This document shows positions 1 through 10,360 of a stretch of 64,000 bases of DNA, piece by piece. The notes under the pieces were generated by a model that made no database searches, was not told the DNA's origin, and saw only the letters and a program-made list of their open reading frames with translations. The DNA comes from Blastocatellia bacterium UBA7656 (GTDB lineage Bacteria; Acidobacteriota; Blastocatellia; UBA7656), in NCBI GenBank assembly GCA_002483445.1, contig DLHY01000054.1, forward strand, positions 9,149 through 73,148, given 5' to 3'. How positions within the stretch are numbered: position 1 is the first letter of the stretch; the number at the start of each line of letters is the position of its first letter. Made by a program: the position numbers and the translations under genes.

Positions 1-420
1 GTCTCCTTCTGGGACAGGTCGGGATTCACAGCTACTCTTGAGGAGCTTCGCTCTTTAGGTGTGGCGATAGCGCTCGACGATATAGGAGTTGGACAATCAA
101 ATTATCGAATGCTGCTCGAAAGTCGCCCGGATTATTTCAAAGTTGATCGCCATATAGTCAACGGAGTGTACTCGGACCCTTTCCGGCAGGCTGTGCTTGA
201 ATCTGTACTCCTGCTGGCCGGACGATTCAACGCCAGAGTCGTGGCCGAAGGAGTCGAGCAGAAAAAAGACCTCGATACTCTCCTTGAGATTGGCATTGAT
301 CTGATTCAGGGCTATCTGCTCTCGCTTCCGCTCGAAAGCGCGCGGCTCGTTTCAACAAGTTTTGCGCAGAGCAAGATGGGTGAGGGTGAAGTGAAAGCCG
401 TTAGCGTCGCGGGAAATTGA
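1..420 (+). CDS. EAL-domain c-di-GMP phosphodiesterase, C-terminal part (5' truncated by window edge)
   Basis: Frame open from base 1; IALDDIGVGQSN, FKVDR, VVAEGVE and IQGY are EAL C-terminal motifs. Confidence 0.85.
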   Translation, partial: VSFWDRSGFTATLEELRSLGVAIALDDIGVGQSNYRMLLESRPDYFKVDRHIVNGVYSDPFRQAVLESVLLLAGRFNARVVAEGVEQKKDLDTLLEIGIDLIQGYLLSLPLESARLVSTSFAQSKMGEGEVKAVSVAGN

Positions 421-438
421 ACTTGTGGAGGTAGGACT

Positions 439-807
439 ATGGGACGTAAAAAAATCCTGTTGGTGGATGATGCGGATACTATCCTGATGATAGAAAAGAT
501 GATCCTCAAAAATGACTATGATCTGGTCACAGCAAGGGACGGCGAGGAGGCCATAACAAGTGCGCTATCCGAAAGACCCGATCTGATCCTGCTCGACGTA
601 GTGATGCCCAAAATGGACGGCTTTGAGGCCTGCAAGCGGATTCGCCAGGAGCCAACCACCAGTTGCATTCCGATCATTATGGTGACGACCCGCGGCGAGG
701 AGTACAACATCGAAACCGCATACACGAGCGGATGTAATGACTACGTCTCAAAACCCATCAACGGCCTTGAACTGCTCTCGAAGGTCAGGAACCATCTGGG
801 CCAGTGA
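439..807 (+). CDS. Single-domain response regulator (REC, CheY-like)
   Basis: ILLVDD, LLDVVMPKMDG, MVTT, SKP; GGAGG RBS upstream. Confidence 0.9.
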   Translation: MGRKKILLVDDADTILMIEKMILKNDYDLVTARDGEEAITSALSERPDLILLDVVMPKMDGFEACKRIRQEPTTSCIPIIMVTTRGEEYNIETAYTSGCNDYVSKPINGLELLSKVRNHLGQ

Positions 808-822
808 AGGAAGGAAACCGAC

Positions 823-1593
823 ATGAGCAAGGACAAAGAAAATCAACCCAACTATGTGTTCAGGGTTCTCGATGACACAACGCGCTATGTGCAGGAACTG
901 TTGAGTGAGAATGAAGAATTGCGCTCATTGCTTGAGGATGTGAAAACCGAGAAAAGTCAGATCGAGAATCAGTTGCTTGCCATGCAGCGTCAGATGGATC
1001 GCAGCCGAGAGGAGAAAAGAAGCCTGGAGGAGCGGCTGGCAAGGATGGAAACCGAAAACAGGCAATTCTCCGGGCGCTATATAGAAGTTGAGCAGCAGAA
1101 TGCCAATCTCGCCAACCTCTACGTAGCAAGCTATCGTCTGCACTCCACGCTCAGCAGGCAGGAAGTGCTTGCAGTCATCGAGGAAATAATCATCAACCTC
1201 ATAGGCTCGGAAGAGATGATTATCTTCGAGATCGACGCGGACAGGACGCATCTGAGACTGGCCGCATCATTTGGGATCGACGCGGAGCGTTATCGGAGCG
1301 TTCCGATGGGGAAAGGGATAATCGGAGGAGTCGCCCTCACAGGCCAGCCTTACCTGGCTGAGCATCAGGCTGACCAGGCGGTGGAAGAGCCTGACCTGAC
1401 GGCCTGCCTTCCTTTGAGGTTCGGCGATACCATCAACGGAGCTATAGCCATCTTCCGCCTGCTTCCCCAGAAGCAGGGGCTTGGATCGCTCGATTATGAG
1501 CTTTTCGATCTTCTGGGCACGCATGCAGCCGCCTCACTCTATTGCACGTGGCTTCACGCCAGAATGAGCGAAGGAGTTGAGGTGATCGCATGA
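823..1593 (+). CDS. Coiled-coil plus GAF domain protein with no output domain
   Basis: Heptad-rich N-terminal ~95 aa, then GAF-like LYVASYRLHSTL...GKGIIGGVALTGQPY...ACLPLRFGDTINGAIAI. Confidence 0.8.
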   Translation: MSKDKENQPNYVFRVLDDTTRYVQELLSENEELRSLLEDVKTEKSQIENQLLAMQRQMDRSREEKRSLEERLARMETENRQFSGRYIEVEQQNANLANLYVASYRLHSTLSRQEVLAVIEEIIINLIGSEEMIIFEIDADRTHLRLAASFGIDAERYRSVPMGKGIIGGVALTGQPYLAEHQADQAVEEPDLTACLPLRFGDTINGAIAIFRLLPQKQGLGSLDYELFDLLGTHAAASLYCTWLHARMSEGVEVIA

Positions 1594-2135
1594 AGAACTC
1601 TGTCAGGCAGATAACCGAAGATGAAAACGATACTCCGAGCGAGATCAACCGTCTGACATCTTCGATGAGCCGCGCGCCTGTAGGCGGCGCGTCGTTTTAT
1701 CTGCATCCCGGCCAGTTATTCGTCACCCGCGAACCCATGCAGATAACCACCATAGTGGGGTCGTGTGTTGCGTTGTGCCTTTGGGATCGGAGGTCAGGAG
1801 TCGGAGGGATGAATCATTATCTGCTCCCTTACTGGTCGACGAACACAAACGCATCGACGCGTTTCGGCAACGTCGCCATCGAACATCTGATCAGAGAAAT
1901 CCTCGCCCTGGGAGGATCGAAGGAAAATCTACAGGGCAAGCTGTTCGGAGGAGCCTGTATCAATCAGGCATTGAAAGCAAAATATATGGACCTCGGCTCG
2001 AAGAACGTCGAGGTGGCGCTCAATCTTTTGTCCTCAGAGGGCATTCCCATTGTGGCAAAGGATGTTGGGGGAGAATCGGGCCGCAAAATAATATTCGATA
2101 CGTTCGGCGGAATCGTTTTCGTCAAGCGACTATAG
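1590..2135 (+). CDS. cheD: Chemoreceptor glutamine deamidase CheD
   Basis: TTIVGSCVALCLWD, GGMNHYLLP, KLFGGA, DVGGESGRKIIF. Confidence 0.95.
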   Translation: MKNSVRQITEDENDTPSEINRLTSSMSRAPVGGASFYLHPGQLFVTREPMQITTIVGSCVALCLWDRRSGVGGMNHYLLPYWSTNTNASTRFGNVAIEHLIREILALGGSKENLQGKLFGGACINQALKAKYMDLGSKNVEVALNLLSSEGIPIVAKDVGGESGRKIIFDTFGGIVFVKRL

Positions 2136-2142
2136 GAGTAAC

Positions 2143-3792
2143 GTGGAAATCGACCGCGAAGCTATAGCACAAGTATTTCTGGCCGAGTCGGAAGAGCATC
2201 TGCACGAAATGGAAGAGGCTTTGATCGCGCTGGAAAACAGCCCTGAGGATCAGGAAAGCCTCCAGACTATCTTCCGGGTCGTCCATACGATAAAAGGAAA
2301 TGCTTCGTGCCTGGGATTTCAGTATCTGACCAACTTCACACATGTCCTCGAAGATATGCTCGACCAGCTTCGCAAACGACAGATTCCCGTAGCCACATCT
2401 CTCATCACACTGCTTCTTCAGTCAGTCGATGCTTTGCGGGAAATCATACCTGATACAGTCTCTGGCAATGAAAGTATTCAGCCTGCCCACTCGTCCCTCC
2501 TCAATCATCTCACCGGCTATGCCTCACCCGCGTTAGAAGCCGGGCCGTCAAACGATCTGCCAGAAGTCGAGCGGGTGGCAGAAACCGGCCCGGCAAGACC
2601 CTCTCATCTCTTGGGCCGCTCCGGCACGCTCAGAATAGATATCGAGAAGCTGGATAGAATGCTAACCCTGACGAGCGAGATTTCTATCGCAAGAGAGCGG
2701 CTCAAACAAACCGTCGGAAAGCTTGATGCGCGGGGAGGGCAGGAGATTCTTGAAGCCGACCTGGAGGTAGACCGCCTCTATCTGGAACTTCAAGAGATGA
2801 TCATGAAAATCAGGATGGTGCCTGTCGGCCCCATATTCCGCCGATACATCCGCACTGTGCGGGACCTGGCAGCAACGCATGGGAAACTGGCCCGTCTCGA
2901 CATTGAAGGAGCAGATGTAGAGGCAGACACGAGAGTCATCGAGCAGCTTACAGATCCGCTGACCCACATGATTCGCAACGCCATCGATCATGGAATCGAG
3001 CCTGCTGAGTTGAGGCAGAGCAGTGGAAAGGATCCTTGCGGACGCATAACTCTGCGAGCCTGCCACGATTCCGGCAGTATCGTCATTCAGCTTTCGGACG
3101 ATGGCTGCGGACTCAACCGTAAGCGCATTCTGGAGCGAGCCAGGTTGTTAAGACTCATAGCAGACGCGAGCGAGATGACAGATCAGGAAGTCTTCCAGCT
3201 AATCTTCAAGCCGGGCTTTTCAACATCTGAAAATGTCACAGACCTTTCCGGGCGAGGCATCGGGATGGATGTCGTGCGCCGCAACATCGAATCCCTCCGA
3301 GGAATCGTCGAATTAGATAGCCGAGAGGGAGAAGGCACCACTATAAGCATTCGGCTGCCCTTGACGCTGGCCATCATTGACGGATTCAAAGTCGGGGTCA
3401 GCCGCGAAACTTACATCATTCCTATGGAGGCTGTCATCGAGTGTCTGGAGATGCCGGAAGAGGCGCGAAACGGGCCGCACGGGAGCGGGATTATAAATCT
3501 CAGGGAACAGCCTCTCCCCTTTATTCGACTTCGAGACATGTTTGCCCTGGGCAGTTCATCTCCTGACCGGGAGAACATCGTCGTCGTGCAACACAACGAT
3601 AAAAAGGTCGGCATACTTGTAGACGCCGTTTTGGGAGAAAGCCAGGCAGTTATCAAGCCTCTGGGCAAAATGTTTCGGGGGGTTTCCGGCATATCCGGCT
3701 CAACGATCCTTGGGAACGGAGCCGTCGCATTAATACTGGATGTACCCGCTCTGCTTCGGCAAGCGGTCGCGCGACCGATGGAGACAATATGA
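2143..3792 (+). CDS. cheA: Chemotaxis histidine kinase CheA (P1-P3-P4-P5, no P2)
   Basis: IFRVVHTIKG Hpt, HMIRNAIDHGIE, SGRGIGMDVV, C-terminal CheW-like domain; short linker with no P2. Confidence 0.95.
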   Translation: MEIDREAIAQVFLAESEEHLHEMEEALIALENSPEDQESLQTIFRVVHTIKGNASCLGFQYLTNFTHVLEDMLDQLRKRQIPVATSLITLLLQSVDALREIIPDTVSGNESIQPAHSSLLNHLTGYASPALEAGPSNDLPEVERVAETGPARPSHLLGRSGTLRIDIEKLDRMLTLTSEISIARERLKQTVGKLDARGGQEILEADLEVDRLYLELQEMIMKIRMVPVGPIFRRYIRTVRDLAATHGKLARLDIEGADVEADTRVIEQLTDPLTHMIRNAIDHGIEPAELRQSSGKDPCGRITLRACHDSGSIVIQLSDDGCGLNRKRILERARLLRLIADASEMTDQEVFQLIFKPGFSTSENVTDLSGRGIGMDVVRRNIESLRGIVELDSREGEGTTISIRLPLTLAIIDGFKVGVSRETYIIPMEAVIECLEMPEEARNGPHGSGIINLREQPLPFIRLRDMFALGSSSPDRENIVVVQHNDKKVGILVDAVLGESQAVIKPLGKMFRGVSGISGSTILGNGAVALILDVPALLRQAVARPMETI

Positions 3793-3884
3793 ATCAGTTG
3801 AAAGGCCCCTGACTTTGACGGCGAGTTACCGGAGAGCGTCTGAATAGCACTCGAAGCTTTCTTACTGGATAGAGAGGAGTATAG

Positions 3885-4265
3885 ATGAGAAGTCTTAGAA
3901 AAGGAATTTACAGAGCGGCAAGGCTGCCGGGTTCAGGCTTGTTGTTTATGGCCTCGCTTGTCTTCGTCAGCCTGCTCTTATCCGTGAGATCTGCCGAAAG
4001 CGGTCAAGACAGCAACAATATCGAGAAGCACGCTGTGAAACGGGTTCAGCCTGAATATCCCGTGCTGGCACGTAAAAATCAGATCGAAGGTATTGTGGTT
4101 GTTAAGTTGGATGTCAGCAATGCCGGGACAGTAACCAATACCGAGTTTATTCGCGGACATAACGTCTTCCGATCCGTCTCGCTTGAAGCAGCTAAGAACT
4201 GGGTGTTCAAAAAAGGTGAAGAGCGACAGGGAACCATACGCTTTATCTTCAAGCTTGACCAGTGA
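3885..4265 (+). CDS. Short TonB C-terminal-domain protein with N-terminal signal/anchor and no Pro-rich linker
   Basis: Hydrophobic N-terminus, then VQPEYPVLARKNQIEGIVVVKLDV...AAKNWVF...TIRFIFKL; GAGGAG RBS. Confidence 0.85.
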   Translation: MRSLRKGIYRAARLPGSGLLFMASLVFVSLLLSVRSAESGQDSNNIEKHAVKRVQPEYPVLARKNQIEGIVVVKLDVSNAGTVTNTEFIRGHNVFRSVSLEAAKNWVFKKGEERQGTIRFIFKLDQ

Positions 4266-4406
4266 CGGCAAGTAGCGAACACATTAATTTGTTTTATTTT
4301 TGAATCGCATGAACATCTCAGACCGCACTGCCCCTGACAGCTAATCGCCGATGCCGGCGGCAACGATGGTGTTGAAGAGATATCCCAGATTGTCGAGGAG
4401 GATTCT

Positions 4407-6809
4407 ATGTATAGGATTTTGTCTTTTTCTCTTGCCCTTGTGCTTGTGACACTGAGTTACACAGCGGGAGTGAACTCACAGACGATGCGAGCCTCTGTAT
4501 CCGGGCGCGTGATTTTCAAGAACGGCTCTGTCGTTAGTGGCGCTACTGTCAAAGTGTGGCAACAAGTTGGTAGCCTTGAGGTTATGTCCGAGACGGATGA
4601 GAAAGGCCACTTCCACTTTAAAGACCTCGCAGACGGTCGTTACTCCGTCAGGGTAAGCCTGGAAGGCTTCTCATCTTCGGAGCAGGAAGTGATTCTTTCG
4701 GTCGGAGAGGAGCGAAAGGTCGAATTTGTAGTCCAGAGTGAAGCTGCCAGTGATTCTATAGTTGTTAATTCAACGCACATTATCGGAACACCTGAAGCTT
4801 CGAAGACTATACCCGGCTCTGTGGAGATTATCGATCAGAAGACTATGGAAAGGAACCGTCCTTTCACTTTCTCGGATATCCTGCGCAAAGTCACCGGAGT
4901 AAATGTGCGGGATGAGGAAGGGTTCGGTCTTCGACCCAATATCGGCATCCGGGGGTTGAATCCGACTCGTTCAACGAGAGTGTTGTTGCTTGAAGATGGC
5001 GTGCCACTGGCTTTTGCGCCCTATGGTGACAACTCTTCCTATTATCATCCACCCATCAACCGCTTTGAGAGCGTTGAAGTATTGAAAGGTTCCGGCCAGA
5101 TACTCTACGGACCGAGGACCATTGGTGGGGTGATCAACTACATCACACCTAATCCGCCAAAGAAGTCGGGCGGGTTCGTAACACTTATGGGCGGAAGCCG
5201 TGACTTCTTCAACGGCAGGATCAACTACGGAGGGACATGGAGAGGTGTCGGCCTGCTCTTTGACTATATGCGGAAACAGGGGGAAGGCGCGCGCGATAAC
5301 ATCCGAGTAGGCCTTGACGATTTTAATTTCAAATCGTCTATTGGCATCGGGGAAACTCAGATACTGACCGTCAAAGCGAACTACTACGGCGAGGACTCCA
5401 ATCTCACATACTCAGGTTTAAGAGAGGCTGAGTACCTCACAAACCCGCGCCAGAACCCTTTCAGAAACGATTTCTTTTATGGCGACCGCTTCGGCGCTTC
5501 GGCCAGCCATATCTACATACTCGACAGCGCGAAGAGCCTGACCACCAATTTTTACGGCTCTTTTTTCAAGCGTCACTGGTGGCGGCAAGCGAGTAACTCC
5601 AATGAAAGGCCGAACGACGCCGCGGATCCGGCTTGCGGCGGGATGGCCAATCTTAATACCACGTGCGGCAATCAAGGGCGGCTGCGCCAGTATTATGTCT
5701 GGGGGCTGGAGCCGCGCCTTCAGGCCAGTCACAAAATCTTCGGCGTCAAGAGCGAAGCGGACATAGGCTTTCGCGCTCACTTCGAGATTCAGGACAGAAT
5801 GCAGCAAAACGGCCCAAAGCCCGATTCACGCTCAGGCGTGGTCGTTGAAGACAACGAGCGCAGGAACCAGGCTTATTCCTCCTTCCTTCAGAACCGGTTC
5901 CTTGTGAGCAACTGGATAATCATTGCAGGAGTCCGGCTCGAGCATGTGAAGTACGAACGCACCAATCGATTGGCAAGCGGGGGCGCGGGAGTGACCGGAA
6001 AGACCAGCTTGACGCAAGTCATTCCGGGCATAGGTATCTCGTATCGCCCGAAAAGCAATCTAGCCTTCTATGGCGGCATACACCGCGGGTTTGCTCCGCC
6101 TCGCACGGAGGATATTATCAATAACGCGGGCGGGTCACTCGACCTCGAATCGGAATTGAGTTGGAACTATGAGGCAGGCATCCGCACCTCGCCCTACAGA
6201 GGGATCAGTCTTGAGGCTTCTTTCTTTCGAATTGACTACGAGAATCAGATCGTACCGGCCACCGTCGCCAGTGGAGTGGGTACAACACTTGTCAACGGTG
6301 GCAAGACACTGCATCAGGGAGCAGAGCTATCCGCGCAGGTGAATACGGATGCCTTCTTCAGTTCGCCGCACCATTTTTATGTGCGCACGGCATATACATA
6401 TTTACCGACCGTCAGATTCAATGGAGTTCTTTTCCAACAGGTAACCGGCGTGGGAGCGGTGAATATTGACGGCAACCGATTGCCTTATGCTCCAAAGAAT
6501 TTGTTGAACTTTGAGGTCGGCTACTATGGCAAATCTGGCATTGATGCGCTGCTTGAAGCAGTACATGTGAGCGACCAGTTCAGCGATGACCGCAACACTG
6601 TCGTCCCGACCCCTGACGGTCAGCGAGGGCTGATTCCCGGTTACACAATATGGAATGCCACTGCGAACTACAATGTCGAAAAGATTCGCTCGACCTTTTT
6701 CGTAACAGTCAAAAATCTGCTTGATAAGACTTTCATTGTTGATCGGTCACGCGGCGTCTTGCCTGGCAGCCCTCGAATTGTACAGGGAGGAATCAAGTAC
6801 AGATTCTAG
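4407..6809 (+). CDS. TonB-dependent receptor, FecA-like, with N-terminal carboxypeptidase-regulatory-like domain
   Basis: Signal peptide; plug motifs GLRPNIGIRGLNPTRS and VEVLKGSGQILYGP; C-terminal PRIVQGGIKYRF. Confidence 0.92.
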   Translation: MYRILSFSLALVLVTLSYTAGVNSQTMRASVSGRVIFKNGSVVSGATVKVWQQVGSLEVMSETDEKGHFHFKDLADGRYSVRVSLEGFSSSEQEVILSVGEERKVEFVVQSEAASDSIVVNSTHIIGTPEASKTIPGSVEIIDQKTMERNRPFTFSDILRKVTGVNVRDEEGFGLRPNIGIRGLNPTRSTRVLLLEDGVPLAFAPYGDNSSYYHPPINRFESVEVLKGSGQILYGPRTIGGVINYITPNPPKKSGGFVTLMGGSRDFFNGRINYGGTWRGVGLLFDYMRKQGEGARDNIRVGLDDFNFKSSIGIGETQILTVKANYYGEDSNLTYSGLREAEYLTNPRQNPFRNDFFYGDRFGASASHIYILDSAKSLTTNFYGSFFKRHWWRQASNSNERPNDAADPACGGMANLNTTCGNQGRLRQYYVWGLEPRLQASHKIFGVKSEADIGFRAHFEIQDRMQQNGPKPDSRSGVVVEDNERRNQAYSSFLQNRFLVSNWIIIAGVRLEHVKYERTNRLASGGAGVTGKTSLTQVIPGIGISYRPKSNLAFYGGIHRGFAPPRTEDIINNAGGSLDLESELSWNYEAGIRTSPYRGISLEASFFRIDYENQIVPATVASGVGTTLVNGGKTLHQGAELSAQVNTDAFFSSPHHFYVRTAYTYLPTVRFNGVLFQQVTGVGAVNIDGNRLPYAPKNLLNFEVGYYGKSGIDALLEAVHVSDQFSDDRNTVVPTPDGQRGLIPGYTIWNATANYNVEKIRSTFFVTVKNLLDKTFIVDRSRGVLPGSPRIVQGGIKYRF

Positions 6810-6934
6810 CAAGCCTTCTCGACAGCCACCCTACTGACCTGGACTTGAGGCTACTAACCGACGCAACCGGGCCAGCTTTGATGTGGGCCTTCGCAAAGAA
6901 GGCTTCTGTTGAGAGCTTAACAGGAGGAGACATT

Positions 6935-9790
6935 ATGACGGAATATGATTTCAATCTGAAGACAGTGGGGCGTTTTGTATGCGCTCTACTAATGGTCTGC
7001 GCGTTGTTAACAGGCGCAGTAGCTCAATCAGAAGCAGGGAGCGCCGCTATTGAAGGGACTGTCGTTGACCCGGATAATAAGCCGCTTTCCGGAGTGAGGG
7101 TAACAGTACGCAACGTCGAGACCGGCTACAAGCGCATAATGACAACGGACGCTGAGGGGCAATACGTTGCGCTGGTGATGCCGGTGGGTACTTACCTGGT
7201 TGAGGCAGTGGCAAACGGATTCTCCGCTGCGCGCTTCGAGGCTGTACAGTTGACCGTGGGAGTGAGAAAAACGCTCAACTTCAGCCTGACCACGCATGCC
7301 GTCACCGAAGGGGTGGTCGTATCAGCCAACCCTGCAACCATTGAACGCCAGGAGATGGCTACCAGCAACAGCATAGGAGTTCGGGCAATTGGCGACCTTC
7401 CGATAAGGGGACGCAACTTCCCCGAATTTGCCAAGCTCACTCCGGCCATCGTGCAGGAGGCTGACCGGGCAGGACTGGTGATTGCCGGTCAGAGGTCGAT
7501 TAATTCCAACGTGGCCCTTGACGGGACCGATTTCAACGATCCGCTTCAGGGCAACCAGCGCGGCGGCAACGAGCCGGTATTCTTCTTCCCGCAAATTGCT
7601 GTGCGAGAGTTTCAGGTCATACGAAGCGGCGCGACCGTCGAAGTGGGACGAACTAACGCGGGCTTCATCAATGTCGTCACAAAGTCCGGAACCAATTCCT
7701 GGCATGGCGAAGCGTTCTTTCTGAATCGCCACAAGGAATTCACCTCGCTGGATGCGTTTGACCGCCAGCTCAACAACAAGCAAAACCAGTTCGGCGGCTC
7801 GATTGGCGGGCCGATCAAGTCTGACCAGGCGTTTTTCTTTGTAAGCGCCGAGCAAAATTATTTACGGGTTCCCTTCTTCGTCGAGTTCGAGCCGCAGGAG
7901 GGTGGAGTCATTGTGCCTGCCGAATTACGCGCTCTCGAAGGCCAGTACAACAGCACGAATGACCCAACTTCTGTCTTCGCCCGTTCAGATATCACCCTCA
8001 ATAATCGCGACTCGCTGAGCGTGCATTACACCTACGCAAGGCAGTATGGAGAGAACTTTAACCCTGAGCGCGGGACTAACGAGGCGACGACCGCCAATTA
8101 CACGCGCGAGGGCAGCAGCCACGGACTCAAAGCCGGTCTGGTCTCTGTGTTCAGCCCGGAGATGCTCAACGAAATACGCGCGCAGATAGCCACCGATAAT
8201 CGCGATGAAATTCCAAATGCTACTTCCGGTCGAATCAATATCTCTGATTTCGGCAATATTGGAAGCGATTCGGGTCGTCCGCGTCTGTTCGATTCGACCC
8301 GCTACCAGGTGACCGACAACCTGACGTTGAGCCATGGTGCTCACCAGTTTCGCTTCGGGTTTGATCTCAACATCAACCGCCTGAGACAGAAGCGCGAAAG
8401 CAACATTCAAGGGCGCTATGACTTCAAGTCGTTGTCTGATTACACGGCCGGAAAGATTGATCGGTTTCGGCAGACGATTTATGCGGTTGATGCAGCGGAC
8501 TTGGTATTCAGGGGATCACAAAAGGAGCTTGCCTTTTATGTGCAGGACAAGATATCGCTTCACCGCGACCTGGCGCTGACGGCGGGGCTGCGGTGGGAGG
8601 GCCAATGGAATCCCCAACCGGACAACCCAAATCCTGCGATCCCGGAAACCGGACTCATTCCAAACGATCTCGGCCAGTGGCAGCCTCGTCTGGGGCTGGC
8701 CTGGAACGTTGGCGGGGGCGGGAAGACCATCGTGCGCCTCTCGGCAGGGCTTTATAATGCTCGGACACCAGCCAATCTTTTCCAGCGAGTCTTCACCGAT
8801 AACGGGCTGACGACTGTTTTAATAGACAGTAAGGCTGACAAATCGGTGTTGAGCCTGATTGACTTCCCTAACTCGCTGGCTTCGCCGCCGCCGGGCATTA
8901 AACTGGCTGTGCCTCGCGTCTTCGGCTTTGCGCCGGACTTTCGCAACCCGCGCTCATTCCAGACGGCGGCGACCTTAGAGCAGCTTGTGGGCAACGACCT
9001 CATTGTCTCTGTCGGTTATATACACAACTCGACCTGGAATTTGCAGCGCCGACTTGACCGCAATCTGTTCGCCCCGACGATAAATGAGACGGGTATGCCG
9101 ATCTTCAGGAAAGAGCGCCCGAACCCGACAATCGGCCCTCTTTCGATCAATGAATCGTCGGCCCACTCCTCGTATGACGGGCTTGTGTTGACCGCGACCC
9201 GGCGGTTTGCTCACCGATTCCAACTGCAGGCCAACTACACGCTGTCACGCACCCTCGACGACGACTCCAACGAGCGCAACTTCAGCGACGAGAGAACGCT
9301 CAATCCCTTCGACCTGTCGTTGGAGAGAGGATATTCGAAACAGGACGTGCGACACAATTTCAACCTCAACGGGCTGGTCGACCTGCCCTATGGCTTCACC
9401 TTCAGCGCTATCCTGATAAGCCGCTCTGCATTCCCTTACACGCCGATCATCGGGTTTGATACTCAGAACGATGGCAATGACGACAATGATCGGGCGATCA
9501 TCAACGGTCGCGTCGCCGACCGCAATAGCCTGCGCGAGCCTTCGTTTTTCAATCTCGACATGCGAGTACTCAAGGCCTTCAGTCTGGGAGAGGCGCGCAG
9601 GCTTTACCTGACGGCTGAAATATTCAACGTGACTCGCGCCGTCAATAAGAACTTCGGCCCTGACGGCATCAGCGAATTCGGAACCATTGCCGAGCCGGAG
9701 GAAACTGCCGGTCAGTCGCTTTTTGCTCCTTCCACAGCGCGTTTCGGCGGTCCCCGTCAGATGCAGATTGGAGTGCGTTTTGTCTTCTAA
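6935..9790 (+). CDS. TonB-dependent receptor, Oar/acidobacterial type
   Basis: ATG after AGGAGG; N-terminal carboxypeptidase-regulatory-like domain, DLPIRGRNF, INVVTKSGTN, NQFGGSIGGPI, PRLGLAW, C-terminal PRQMQIGVRFVF. Confidence 0.92.
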   Translation: MTEYDFNLKTVGRFVCALLMVCALLTGAVAQSEAGSAAIEGTVVDPDNKPLSGVRVTVRNVETGYKRIMTTDAEGQYVALVMPVGTYLVEAVANGFSAARFEAVQLTVGVRKTLNFSLTTHAVTEGVVVSANPATIERQEMATSNSIGVRAIGDLPIRGRNFPEFAKLTPAIVQEADRAGLVIAGQRSINSNVALDGTDFNDPLQGNQRGGNEPVFFFPQIAVREFQVIRSGATVEVGRTNAGFINVVTKSGTNSWHGEAFFLNRHKEFTSLDAFDRQLNNKQNQFGGSIGGPIKSDQAFFFVSAEQNYLRVPFFVEFEPQEGGVIVPAELRALEGQYNSTNDPTSVFARSDITLNNRDSLSVHYTYARQYGENFNPERGTNEATTANYTREGSSHGLKAGLVSVFSPEMLNEIRAQIATDNRDEIPNATSGRINISDFGNIGSDSGRPRLFDSTRYQVTDNLTLSHGAHQFRFGFDLNINRLRQKRESNIQGRYDFKSLSDYTAGKIDRFRQTIYAVDAADLVFRGSQKELAFYVQDKISLHRDLALTAGLRWEGQWNPQPDNPNPAIPETGLIPNDLGQWQPRLGLAWNVGGGGKTIVRLSAGLYNARTPANLFQRVFTDNGLTTVLIDSKADKSVLSLIDFPNSLASPPPGIKLAVPRVFGFAPDFRNPRSFQTAATLEQLVGNDLIVSVGYIHNSTWNLQRRLDRNLFAPTINETGMPIFRKERPNPTIGPLSINESSAHSSYDGLVLTATRRFAHRFQLQANYTLSRTLDDDSNERNFSDERTLNPFDLSLERGYSKQDVRHNFNLNGLVDLPYGFTFSAILISRSAFPYTPIIGFDTQNDGNDDNDRAIINGRVADRNSLREPSFFNLDMRVLKAFSLGEARRLYLTAEIFNVTRAVNKNFGPDGISEFGTIAEPEETAGQSLFAPSTARFGGPRQMQIGVRFVF

Positions 9791-9866
9791 CGCATACGTG
9801 GTCGGGCCGAAAAGGACAGATGAGATGGGAGGGACAAAAAATATCGTGAGAGAGATGGAGACGAAA

Positions 9867-10301
9867 ATGCACTCGTGGTCTATTTTCGGCCCGGCATCAA
9901 ATTCGGTTTGTGCGCCCGCAGGCTCGTCAGAGACCTCTGCTGCATCAGGCAGGTCGCATCGTCGTGTGCTGTTGATGGCGATCTCGCTTGTAGTGGCGCT
10001 CAACTCGATGCTTTTGATGCCGGGCGCGGTCGGCAGCGATGACGCCAACATTGAGAAATATGCCGTGAGGCGCGTGCAGCCCGCTTACCCTCCGCTTGCG
10101 CAAAAACAGCGTATCGAAGGGGTCGTAGTCATGCAGTTGAGCGTTGGCGGCGATGGCAAGGTGAATGAGGTTGTGTTCGTTCGCGGCAACAACATCTTTC
10201 GCGCGGTTTCGCTTGATGCCGCGAGGAAGTGGGAATTCAGGCCACCCGGAGGCGCTGCCATCCAGGGAACGATCAGGTTCATATTCAAGCTTGAAAGCTG
10301 A
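9867..10301 (+). CDS. Second short TonB C-terminal-domain protein (paralog of 3885-4265); start uncertain
   Basis: Hydrophobic segment, then [29 protein letters not shown]...[10 protein letters not shown]; GGAG before ATG at 9867. Confidence 0.8.
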   Translation: MHSWSIFGPASNSVCAPAGSSETSAASGRSHRRVLLMAISLVVALNSMLLMPGAVGSDDANIEKYAVRRVQPAYPPLAQKQRIEGVVVMQLSVGGDGKVNEVVFVRGNNIFRAVSLDAARKWEFRPPGGAAIQGTIRFIFKLES

Positions 10302-10360
10302 GGTCTTCGCACCGGGAGCGGAATCGAGCAAGCCCCCGCTCGGATCGGATTGAGGAGAAT

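Noticed and set aside
4266-4406. Fur box upstream of the FecA-like receptor
   Set aside because: AT-rich but no convincing match to the GATAATGATAATCATTATC palindrome
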